NCBI RefSeq assembly: GCF_964204865.1
Contig: NC_135252.1
Coordinates: 20,336,001-20,400,000, forward strand
Source of the DNA: Styela clava
Taxonomy: Eukaryota
DNA length: 64,000 bases
Direction of reading: 5' to 3'
This document shows positions 28,301-38,620 of the stretch, in pieces. The position numbers and the translations under genes are program-made. A model generated the notes under the pieces. That model ran no database searches, was not told the DNA's origin, and worked only from the letters and a program-made list of their open reading frames with translations. How positions within the stretch are numbered: position 1 is the stretch's first letter; each line of letters starts with the position of its first letter.

Positions 28301-31300
28301 TTTCTGATGTCAAATCGCTGGTTGTATTCAAACAGTTCAAGAACAGATTGACTGAAGAAGATTTTAGATTGATATTTAGTCAATGTAACATCGCAGAAAG
28401 ACATATCAGGGTGAATATCGCGTTATTGTTCCATCTTATACTTCACTATGACTTTGCACTATACGAGCAGCTGTTACTTTGTAGTTAGAGGACGTGACTA
28501 TGTTGGTATTAAAGGTTGAAATCTTTATTGAAATGCCATATCAACATACTAACCCAGTGTGTAATAAATTGGCTAAAAAATATCAAAACTGTATTAGTCT
28601 ATTAACATATTAGCTTATGTCACATTCTAAGGTATTGAGAAAATCGCATTTTTGTGATAGTTAAATAAAAACCTACCTTAACTAATTTACCTAAAATAAG
28701 TTACCTAAAATAAAAACTAAAAGGTCCAGGTTTGTAACCCCAAAATGGTTTATAAATACATAAATCAGACCATTTCTAAAAAATATGACTTGAGCTCCTT
28801 TGTTTCTACTTGATTGGTGTTGTAAATTATTTAATTGTTTTTTTTTTGTTATTTTTGTTCAGGAAAATTCAGATACGATCCAACTGGAAGTCCAATATTT
28901 GGATATACGCAAAATGACTGAACATGTGTACAAAAAGTTGGAAAGAATTGACACGGTGGGGTGATTATTCTAAAATGTAATTCCTTTTGAAGCTTGCTAC
29001 ATTTGTACTTAGTTTCGTCAATTTTACTTTTCGTAGACCTGTCTGTTACTTTTAATATTATAACTTTTTTTCTTCTCGTTGTATATATGATAAAATATAG
29101 ACAATATTATTTAAATTATTATTTTTTCAATCATTACTGATTATGAATATTAAATGTTTTTAGTTAGAAAAGGCTGAGGTGGCAAGGAGGCAAGCTGAAG
29201 AGCGAATAAAGAAAGCTGAAATGTCTCAAAAACTGAAGAATTACATCGACCGTGTCCAACGTCTTACTGTGTTTGAGCCTCTCACGTCTAGATTGACAAA
29301 ACACGATGAGGATCGAATTCAATCTGAATGCATCAAAGCAAATCAGTTTTTAATTGCGGTACACAAACCTATTTGCTCAGAATCTTAAAATATCAAAAAA
29401 GGGTTTAAGCGTAATGTTGTGACGTCCAATATGGCCACATACGTTCGGAAGTCATACAAAATTAGATTCTTAACTGGAATATTTTTAAGTCATTGTAGAA
29501 AATACCGCTATTGTCAGTATTTGGCCTAAAGTTAGTTTTTCACCGTGTGGTTTTTATCACCAATATTCTGTCAAATATAATAAAACGTTTATTCACCTAA
29601 TAGGAAAACTTGACTTCTGCTGAAATTGAAAAAAAGTGTAGAGAACTAGAGGAATATGTTCAAATTATTTACAAGAAGTTGGAAACAAGGGAGGAGGTAT
29701 TTGATCTAGTTGTTGCTTGTTTATTCCAAAATTAGTTCATGTGTTATATGTAATGTATATTATATCTTCGATCAAAAAAATGAATTTTTTTGAAATTCAA
29801 TTGAGTTTATTATTCACGACTTTTTAACCTGTAGAGTAGATCTTTTGTTTTCTCAAAATTTATACATATTCGCTACTTTCCAAATTTTTCTATAATTTCG
29901 TAATTTTGCTATTAATGAGAATATATCTGCGAATCCAATCGGACATAGAATCTTGTTTTATGGGAATGGATTTGACGTGATTGTTCGCTAAAATTTAGTG
30001 ATTGAGATGTTAGCTTGTTCCTCCGTTTTTTGTGTAAATCCTCCAACATATAGCTGTGTCCTTCACAGTATTGTTCAAACCTTTTCAAGTAAAGCGGTGT
30101 TACTGATCTACTGATTCTAAAAATAAGGCTATACGTAAAATTCTTAGTGCTCCAGTCTTTACATAATAACTCTTCTATCAGTAATCTTTCGGTATTTGGT
30201 TGATGGCTCTGGATCTCGCTTTGAGCAGTTTAACATAAAAGTATTATTTTAGAAGTTTCTTTTTAAAATTTCCAGATAGCAAACAAATGCAAAGATGATT
30301 TAACAGAATGGAACAACGCTGAGGAGAGCTTATCTAAGTGCATAAATTACTGGAAACAGTTAGTTATTCACAACAGAGGAAAAGATAAAATAACGGATAA
30401 GTATTTCAACAAAATAGTTGAGATGTACACGGATGCTGAGAATTGGTTTCTGGTTTCCTATGTATGTATAGGACACGTTCTTTTTTAATATAAAATAATA
30501 TTAACATTAATATTTTAATATCAATGTTAAAGTTGCAAAGCAACTGTTCTAGCTTTTATGAATTTTAAACAAAAATAGACGCAGTTTTTTTATTCTTATT
30601 TTAGAAAAATATTTCGCAGAAAGAACTTAGAGATAAACGTGAGGACTTAGAAACAGTTGCTTCTAAAATTTTAAAGAGTATGCAAGATGAGAAACAGGTG
30701 ACAACTTAATTATAATAATTCTGTGAATATGACACCTTAGTCTTTATACTATATATAATTCGTTTCGTGTATTAGGTCCTTCAGCACATCATTTTATGGT
30801 CAACGTCTGTTTATGACCGAGTTTTACAGATACTCGTGAAAGTTCGTTTCAATTTCAAAGATCAAATTAACAAAAGAAAATATTTAAAATTAGACATGTG
30901 ACAGCATGTCTCTTGTAACATTTTAATTCAATCAGAATAAGAAAGAAATATTTTGATATTGATATTTTTTTTTCATCGAAATGAGTCGTTTTTTATATTG
31001 TTCGTAATCACAGAAACGTGATCGAAAAATAGTCAGAGAAGCCGATGAATGTCGAATGTTTATCAGTCGTGTCAGATCCTTTGCTGTTTTTGGAGAACAA
31101 CGAAACAAACTCACGTCAGAGGATATAAAGTCAATAACAAGAAAATGTAATGAATTAAAAGGATGGCTTAGTTCATACCCAGTGAGAAATTTTTCTAATT
31201 CTTAGGTTAAATATTTCTCTTCATATATTTATTTTTCTGTTTCTACTGACATCAATTTTAAATATCACACTTTGCATGAAACTTAAAAAAAGAAATAAAA

Positions 31301-31403
31301 TTATTTTTAGATTACTGAGGATGAAATAGAGAAACAAAGAACGGAATTAATAGAGTTTGTAGAAAGATTGAGAAACCGAATAAAAAAAGAACAACAAGTA
31401 TAG
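1343..31403 (+). CDS. Gene 1: multi-exon gene encoding ~2,300 aa of 25 tandem Hsp70 C-terminal lid (SBD-alpha)-like repeats; 5' end probably upstream of the window
   Basis: Exon pairs A/B, all multiples of 3, stop-free, AG..GT(GC) bounded: 1343-1510/1875-1967; 2503-2682/3212-3298; 3705-3884/4124-4210; 4728-4907/5044-5133; 5613-5792/6170-6259; 6947-7138/8087-8176; 8963-9154/10051-10143; 11210-11398/11487-11579; 12494-12673/13090-13182; 13492-13680/14035-14127; 14332-14517/14918-15010; 15627-15818/16000-16092; 16315-16503/17112-17204; 17541-17738/18264-18356; 18866-19036/19416-19508; 21185-21373/21731-21823; 22245-22430/22949-23038; 23462-23638/24422-24517; 24889-25056/25356-25451; 25966-26154/26519-26611; 26820-27014/27262-27354; 28222-28410/28863-28955; 29164-29358/29604-29696; 30276-30461/30605-30697; 31014-31181/31311-31403 (ends KKEQQV-TAG). 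Repeat 8 ...FKKFIESVK..FLSDNDKKEVKNKCFESEQFLERNQ|ESLDIRQISVKRSELEEFVK aligns by eye with Hsp70 ...[52 protein letters not shown]. Confidence 0.85.
5952..6100 (+). mobile_element. hAT-like MITE left-end fragment
   Basis: Starts CAGTGGTTCCAAACC followed by GTGGCCC, typical of hAT-derived MITE termini; right end not identified. Confidence 0.4.
8500..8791. mobile_element. hAT-like MITE
   Basis: TIRs CAGGGCTTACCAAACT ... AGTTTGGCAAGCCC; absent from the paralogous intron near 6600. Confidence 0.6.
9283..9729. mobile_element. hAT-like MITE
   Basis: CAGGGTGGTCCAAG..GCGGGCCAC left end and GGCCCGCGGGCCGTAGTT..CATGTC right end. The reverse complement of the right end recurs at 39665 and 46639. Confidence 0.6.
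10292..10401. mobile_element. Palindromic MITE
   Basis: GGTGCTCCCGAAGTATGTGCACCAAGATGGCGCAC ... GTGCGCCATCTTGGTGCACATACTTCCGCAGCGCC. Absent from the paralogous intron near 12045. Same family at 16766-17001, ~52075-52130, ~53740 and ~54400. Confidence 0.7.
15106..15222. repeat. Short direct duplication (~43 bp x2)
   Basis: TGTCGGTTTATTCCATTTATTTCATACGAATTCATTTGAAA occurs twice about 73 bp apart. Confidence 0.8.
16766..17001. mobile_element. Inverted-repeat MITE, same family as 10292
   Basis: AGTATGTGTACCAGGTCAGGGTTAGGCCA ... TGGCCTAACCCTGACCTGGTACACATACT inverted pair. Confidence 0.7.
19546..20823. mobile_element. Non-autonomous hAT-like element (~1.28 kb)
   Basis: TIRs CAGCGTTTTCCAACC ... 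GGTTGAGAAACAATG with CGCGGAC subterminal repeats. The paralogous intron in gene 2 (~54830) is an empty site. A right-end copy lies at ~40770-41018. Confidence 0.75.
25386..29987 (+). repeat. Intragenic tandem duplication (~2.3 kb x2: 25386-27648 and 27649-29987) generating repeats 22-23 from repeats 20-21
   Basis: Near-identical exons and introns. The junction at ~27649 starts inside a truncated copy of exon B19. Confidence 0.85.
27649..27713 (+). pseudogene. Truncated pseudo-exon (3' part of exon B19)
   Basis: GAATTTGATGAATTACAGAAAAC..CAGAAAAATAGAG matches 25386-25451; no acceptor, and the donor is changed to GC. Confidence 0.7.
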
Positions 31404-31981
31404 TTTTTATATTATAATCATAAACCTCAGTAGCACAAATTATTACAAGTCTTCTAAACAGAAATTGAATTGCCTTCCTCATTAAATCTGACTACCTAAA
31501 GGCAGTTTTTGCGGGTAATATTTGGAACGGGATTCTTGTTGCGTATACTATTCAAAATAATATTTATCAAAAAAATTGGCTATTAAGACCAATAGGTAAT
31601 ATTTTCAGAAGTGTCGTATAATGTGATAAACTTATTATTTTAATCTAAAACAGTGAGAAACACAGATGAAATGAACGATTTTGTAACCAAAATATATGGC
31701 ATCTTAGTAATACACTGATCAAATCATATTTTATGAAAAGCACTAATGAAAAGAAGCAAGCTGAATTGAAACAAACGGAACTACTTTAAACAGCCAAATC
31801 GTGATTGTCTCCTTGATCAATTGACACAAAGATTCATTATCGAAGAAGAAAATAAATAGAAGAAAAAGATTCAAAAATCATTTGCAACATAGCCGATGAT
31901 GTGTTGCCCGGTGACGCCCCCACCGAAACATATGCCCCCCGTGTTTATATAACTTAGAATCTGAGTTTTATTGTGGCTTTA

Positions 31982-31987
31982 AATAAA
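31982..31987 (+). terminator. Candidate polyadenylation signal of gene 1
   Basis: AATAAA about 580 nt after the stop, followed by a T/GT-rich tract. AATAAA is common in AT-rich DNA. Confidence 0.35.
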
Positions 31988-33382
31988 GATTTTTTCTGTT
32001 TTTTTTTTTTTTCAATTTTTATTATGTATATTCATGCTTGCATTATACCCCCAAATTTTTAAAACCCATAATTAAATTTGAAAATTTCGTAATCGTACAA
32101 TTTACAGCAAATTAGGATGTATAGATTTAGAATGACTTTGTTTCAGGTAATTAGTCGTACCTAATTTTTGAATTTTGTAAATTTCTTGTTTTTGTTTGAA
32201 TACCCCATGCTTTTTTAGAGTATTAACATTAAATTAGTTTGCGTAATCTAGTTACTAAAAAAGTTAGGAGGGTTTTATCGTAATATTGAAGTTGAAGTAA
32301 CATAGCTTAGAATAGAACAACAATGTCTTGATATCATCAATAAACATATGAAAATGTACCCTGTTTTGTATTATTGTGTTGATATTTTTTAGTTGGGAAA
32401 ATGAAAGAATTTCTGTAGTTGCGTTGGCGAAATATTCTTGAAAAGAAATCAGCATAGAATTGTCTTGACAATTTCTAAGAAACTTCAAATGAACGGAACG
32501 ATAGATAATAAAGGAGATAACTTTAAGTGAAGCTACGAGTTATTTATATTTTTTCTCATTTTTTATATGGAATATTTGTTGACTCACTAGCAAAATCTGG
32601 AGTTAAGGATATGCCTCAGTGAATGCCGGACACAGCAAAGTTTGAGGATTTCATGTACGAACATTGGAATTTTGACATCTTTTCATTTAAAAATATTACA
32701 ATCAATTTATTTTTTTTTAATCTGATATTCAATCGTGGGTTAGCGCATTATTCCAATAACAAATTACAGAAGTTCAAAAATTAAAATTTATTTTTTGTTC
32801 GTTTTCACAAAACATGCTTTTAAAGATGGATTATCACGCAAAAAATTTTGTTTCGAATTTGATTTTATATATTTTTTTAAAATTTTTGGCATTTACCGTT
32901 AACATAAAGTGGACTTCGTTTGCGAGAATTGAATTTTCAAAAGACAACCCTGCCAAAATCGAACGCAAATTAGTATGTTCCCTTGACGACGAAGTAGTGA
33001 GAACTCGTCGGCGTAATTTTGCGTTGAGTCAAGGATATTTTTTGCGTTTTGTGTATTTATTTTGAAGCGTATGCAAATTCTATTGCATTTGAAAAACGCT
33101 TCTGTGGTTTATATACATACCAATATCTTCAAATAATATCATTGCATCATAATTAATTACAGTGAATTCAACTAATCGAGGTCAAGATGTACTCGAGTTC
33201 TGTGCTGGATCTTTTGCTGCAACATATTTTCCAACGAAATAATGCATACCAGACAATTCATTGTCTTGAATCATCTAGATTTTATAATTTATGTGGGTTT
33301 ATTCTGATTCTGTGACTAGTTTTTTGTTATATTGCCAGTATACATACATTGAATTAGCATAATTCGTATGTTAAAAATTACT

Positions 33383-33721
33383 ATTTAAATATTTATTTTC
33401 CTGTTTCTACTGACATCAAATGTAAATATCACTCTTTGCATAAAACTTAAAAAAAAAATTAAAATTATCTTTAGATTACTGAGGATGAAATAGAGCAACA
33501 AAGATCGGGATTAGAAATATATTTGTGTTAGTGTGCAGCGAGACTCTTGAATCACTTAGGATTGTTATCTCTACTCTTGCTACAGCATCCTTGCAATATA
33601 TGCATACGGATCCACCGGCACAAAAGCATAGAAGAAGGATAAGTAGTTAGTCTCGCAGAAACCAAATAATCAGCGTAAGTATAGTTTTTATATTATAATC
33701 CTAAATCTCAGTCGCACAAAT
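33383..33721 (+). pseudogene. Orphan disrupted copy of the terminal exon B25 with flanks
   Basis: 33383-33512 matches ~31225-31350 (ITEDEIEQQRSGL) and 33678-33721 matches 31398-31440, with unrelated stop-containing sequence between. Confidence 0.7.
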
Positions 33722-34344
33722 GAAAGAAAATAACCGGTAAATATAAAATCTTTTAAAGTACCGGTAATCTAGCTGCTCTCATTGAAATCGTGCCAAATTC
33801 GCTGACCAATCGCTAAAATGCGATCAATCTGTCATAAAATTCGAAAGCTATCGATCCAATTATTAAAAAGAAAGACGATCTTTTTCAAGAATAATATCAA
33901 CAACAGCAACAGCAACGATTTAACACAACGATTCATAGATCCACTGCATATCCAATAATATGTTGCACAAAATGTTGGGTAGAGAAAACATAAAAACTGT
34001 TGAGAAAATCGTAAATAAGTGTAGAAAGAGAGAAATTATCGTTGTGATGCTTCTGAAATTCTAATAAAATATCGTATCACATGAAAATAAAAATAATAGC
34101 TTACTAGCCTAGTTACTTCACCCCTATTTTCAATTTATGAAAAAAAGTGAAATTAATATATCTATGAGTAGCGAAGGAAATCAAGTATTTTAACAGCAAC
34201 TACAATTTAACAATACGATCATCCATCTTGTAAAGGTGAAATTTTGTATAAATTACCTCACCCATACTCCCTCGTTTACTTCGTTGTACTTGGCGATAAT
34301 TTTTTCTTTTGTTTGAATTCTTAATTAAATGTTGCAGATCTTGA

Positions 34345-34620
34345 GATCGATAAGTATGTTGATAGGTATTTGTCTGTCTGTATGTCTGTGTGTTAGATGC
34401 ACGCGATATCTCACGAAAGCGAGGTTGAATCTGCTCCAAATTTTGCATGTGCATTCATCATAGCTCGGATCAGTAGCCTATTGATTTTGGATGGATTATG
34501 TCTTATAATTAGCGAGTTAATAATTAATTAATGATGGGGCACGCGGTGTCACTATAGAGTCATGAATCGAAAGCGCAGTTTCGATCGATAAGTCTTCGGT
34601 CTCCGACCGATATTCTCGTT
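34345..34620. mobile_element. Helentron/DINE-1-like non-autonomous element
   Basis: (TGTC)n microsatellite, conserved core (GATATCTCACGAAAGC..CCAAATTTTGCATG..CCTATTGATTTTGG) and terminal hairpin TCGGTCTCCGACCGA. Further copies at 41162-41435 and 48053-48331. Family assignment is by architecture only. Confidence 0.55.
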
Positions 34621-35623
34621 CAGTTATTATTAGTTAAGTTATGCTAAGACAGTGTTAAAATGTATACGTAAGTTATTAAGCACCTGTAAATTCCTACCAT
34701 GTATAATAATTTCGGTTGAGCACTAGCTCATATAAGGTTGTTGAATAGGTAAGATGCGGTAAAGTCAAGAACGGCTAGACCTAAAAAAATATGCCACAAA
34801 CAACGATACGGTATTTGTATGCTTGTATGGAAGGTTTATGACTTGAATATTCAGCAGACCTATACTACTATATAAGCTACAGCATATTTGATTCGGAAAA
34901 TAATGACCGTTTTTGTAATGCACGTTTGTGAGAAAGAGGGGGGAATCACCAATTTTACTGATGTCAGTTGATCCAAATTCATAAAGACAATAAGAACGTG
35001 GGCAGCAACGATAAGTTATGCAGATGTTGAAGGAAATGAAGCGATTGAGAGGAGACAAATCATGTATCAAGTTGTAGGCTGACAGTTGATGTTTTAATAA
35101 ATACAGGGCATTTCAGACTGTGTGATTTAAATGGATCAGTGTAGATATAGTCTAGCATGTAAGCTCTGCAGAACATATATTGCTACTAAGCGTTTTCCAC
35201 CTTTTATAGACTTCTCTGTCCCTCCCCCGAAATATATTGATCAAAAAATAATTTCATCATACTATATCCTTAGAATATAACAGCACATTCACGCAACAAT
35301 TCAATTTTTCAGGTAAAAAAGACAATCATATTACCCAAAGCTGAAAAAAAAAATTAAAATGTAATTCATTTATGAGATACCATGATAGTACTATATAGTA
35401 ACGGACGTATCTTATTGGACATATTGCTCATACCTGCTTTTATATATACCAGAGGTGGCCAACACATCGATCGCGATCGACCGGTCGATCGCCACGTCTC
35501 GAGCAGTCGATCGCATCTGATGTTGAGTGAATTTATTAACATACCCCAAAAATTGCTTTGAACCATTTCGGAGTTTTAAAACAGGAAGAATACAGTACAC
35601 GTATACAGCGCGTGTGTCTTGAC

Positions 35624-36470
35624 CAGGGGTCTTAAACTTAATTTACCTGGGGACCGCCGAGACGGAGCCTTAGTGAGTCCGGGCCGCATCCGTTTTTTCA
35701 CAATAAAAGCATTAAACTTAAAAAGTTAAATCTTTTTCACCGTTTTTCTATACGCAAAACATGTCAAAAATGTAAAGTGTGTAAGTAACTCCGCGATGGA
35801 TCTTTCCCCGAGCATCTACTTCCTTGTTTATTCCGTAACATGGGCTAATCCGCAAGACGCAAACAAGTGACGTAACAATAGACTTATTTGCATACGCTCA
35901 GACATTTGTCAATCAGAAATATTTTCAGGCATGTTTGCAAACATTACCTCGTTTTTGCATGCTATTTGTTAGTTTTAGGTTGTGTTTCAGAAATTCAAGT
36001 ATGAATCAAAGAACTCACTGATCATTCTGATTGATTGGGCGTCGTGGCTTAATTGCTGCAATCAAAAGTCTAGAAATAGCTGTGATAAACTTGGCTAAAC
36101 TTCTCTATCGGTACTGTTGAAAAACAGGTTGTTGAATGTTTTGAATCGAAATGATGACGTGAAACATATAACCCAGTTTATAGGCTTCAACTCGCGAAGC
36201 CACCTCCAAAATAAGCACCAAGAATTTGCAATGGTAAAGTATAAGAAAATTTTCGGGGTCAAAGGTCCATCGAATATCATGCCTACATATTCCTTTTGGG
36301 GAATAGATTATAAAATATTTTGTTTTTCTCTACTTGTCCTGATCATATATTAAATGCATCATTCATTCTAACTGAACTGAGTGACTTGCGGGCCGCACTA
36401 CCATTAAACTTTCGGACCAAGGCGGGAGCCGCAAACTATCGTCCTGCGGGCCGCGAGTTTGAGACCCCTG
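35624..36470. mobile_element. Nested hAT MITE
   Basis: TIRs CAGGGGTCTTAAACT / AGTTTGAGACCCCTG; 8-bp TSD GTCTTGAC on both sides. Confidence 0.9.
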
Positions 36471-36640
36471 GTCTTGACTGACAAACGAATCTGCAATTAG
36501 CTTCTGCAGTATGCGAAAGTAATTGTCTCACTCCAAGCGAGCAAAGAATAGCCCCAGGAAGAAATTGTAAATTAGATACTGAAGTTTGAGCAGTCATATA
36601 CACTCATCGTTTGAGAATATTCATTTTTCACGGTTTAGAT

Positions 36641-36956
36641 CACTGTTTCTCAACCAGGGGCCATGGCCCACCTTTGGGCCACAGAAACATTTTCAGGTGG
36701 GCCACATACCCATTGAAAATTTCTAGAGTTATTGATAAATCACTTTGATCGTAGTAGCAATGAATTATGAGGCTGTTTTTGCTACTGAGTGGCCAATCTC
36801 ATTTTATTTATTAAAACTGAAGTGTATATCTTTATGAAAAGGATATTTTTTCTATTTTTCCCGTGGCTTTTCCATTACATGAGTAATTTAATGTGCCACA
36901 ACAATTTTTGTGCAAAATAAGTGGGCAATAAATGAAAAAAAGGTTAAGAACCACTG
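36641..36956. mobile_element. Nested hAT MITE
   Basis: TIRs CACTGTTTCTCAACC / GGTTAAGAACCACTG; 8-bp TSD GTTTAGAT on both sides. Confidence 0.85.
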
Positions 36957-38620
36957 GTTTAGATATTACTTGAATACTTGACAGGGTTTCTTGAGGCATT
37001 TCTAACACTTACGATTAAAAATTAGGCAGGCTATATATCTGAATGAATCGAATAAATCTTAAATAAATGATGAAACATTTACTCCAGGTACAATTAAATA
37101 ATCAAATTAATAACTTCAATGGAACATGAAAAATAAAAAATTTGTGTCGATTTTATTAAGAATTCGCCTAGTAGTAGGCCTAGCCATTCGTTTAAGTGTA
37201 TGACCTTATTACCGATCAGTCGATCGCGAACTATTTTAAAGATTTCAGTCGATCGCGGCCGAAACCAGGCTGGCCACCTCTGATATATACCATGGTCCAT
37301 GACACTGTGAATATGCCACACTTAAAACATCTGAACTATACTTATACAGAATTACACTTTTAAGTTTCACCCTTGATAGAATAACATAACAATCTGATTA
37401 GCATATTATACAAAAAATAAAAAAATTCAAATACTTGCGATAGCGCTGAACAAAAGAACAAAACTTTTTAACTACACACTTTGACGTTTTCACGCCTTCT
37501 TAGTTTAAAATGAATTCGGTCTCCAACTTATGAAAATTTGAAAGAGTATTCGGGAAAAGTCCCACTGCTAGTCCACAAAAACATTTACAATTGGGACAAA
37601 TTGCTAAACCACGTGGGCCAGATAAATTTGGTTTGATTTGTGACGCCAAATAGTTCAATTTGGATTGTATTGACAATGACTGAAAGGTGATTCTGTTTCG
37701 TTCTAATTATTAAAGTGCAGGTGTCTAGTTTTCGAAAAGAAGTTTTCGCTTTCCTTGTACATTTTCCGTTGCATGAAAAAGTTAATGGGGCACAGGATTT
37801 CTGTGCAATAGGCCACATAAGGAATAGAGTTGGACATTACTGGTTTAATCAGCTCATCCACACATCACCTGTCATTGGTTGACGAGATATGATAATAGTT
37901 TATGAAGTCTTTTCATGACCCTTCATCGCAGCTTGAAGACATTTTCCAACAGGACAAAAATAAAAGTCAGTAGGAGAAAGCAACGAATAATGAAAATGGT
38001 GATCCAGTACGATTATTGATGTTGCCGCCGAATGTATTATCCAAAATTTGAGATAAATAATCCAAACACGTATGGTAGCTCAAAACGTAAAGCACAAACT
38101 CGTAAACTACCTACTTTACAAATCATAAGGCACACCGGTATTAGGGGCAATGTTAATAAATTGCTTAGCTTTGGTTTTCAACCATTCATAAAGTGCATCG
38201 AACTATAAGATGCAAACATTACTGGTACTGTTTTCAAGTTTGCAATATAGCATAAAACACTACCGGATCGATACATTATAAGACTTGTAGGGCGTGTAGG
38301 GTGCGCACAATCCATATTTGAGAAAATGAAAAATATAATATTTAAAGCGCGCCTTAAGTTCCGTAAAATATGGTAATCGTTTCGGCGTTTGTATAAACGC
38401 CTTCTTAGTTTGGGTCGAAATTGAATATCCGCCTTATGACAACTTACAGATGACTCCGAGACATTCAAAAAACCAATTTGGACTCAGATTCTTAGTTGAG
38501 TCAGTAAAATTTGACTCCGAGTGTTTTTGTCAAATCAGCCTATCATCAGCTGGCTTTCGTCATGAGTGAGTAATAACTGAAGTGTATAATTTAAAAGTTT
38601 ATGAAGTTTTTTCGTAACAT

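Larger units (their letters stand above)
21185..31403 (+). repeat. Lid repeats 16-25 (more divergent subfamily)
   Basis: Same A/B exon geometry. Repeats 16-19, 24 and 25 keep the Hsp70-type Trp (CNQVEDWL, CNETEEWL, CEIVLEWV, CNELKGWL). Confidence 0.8.
35450..37282. mobile_element. hAT-type non-autonomous element hosting two nested MITEs
   Basis: TIRs CAGAGGTGGCCA / TGGCCACCTCTG; perfect 8-bp TSD ATATATAC at 35442-35449 and 37283-37290. Confidence 0.85.

Noticed and set aside
1343-31403. Cluster of canonical Hsp70 genes or pseudogenes
   Set aside because: No NBD motifs (GIDLGTT, DLGGGTFD), SBD-beta or EEVD were seen in the exons or the ORF track; only lid-like modules joined in one frame.
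1343-31403. Dscam-like mutually exclusive exon clusters
   Set aside because: A and B exons alternate rather than forming separate A and B clusters, which fits a tandem-repeat protein.
37094-37818. Minus-strand 75-83 aa ORFs repeated at 44573-45341
   Set aside because: They overlap a TE end and the duplicated flank and show no coding signature.
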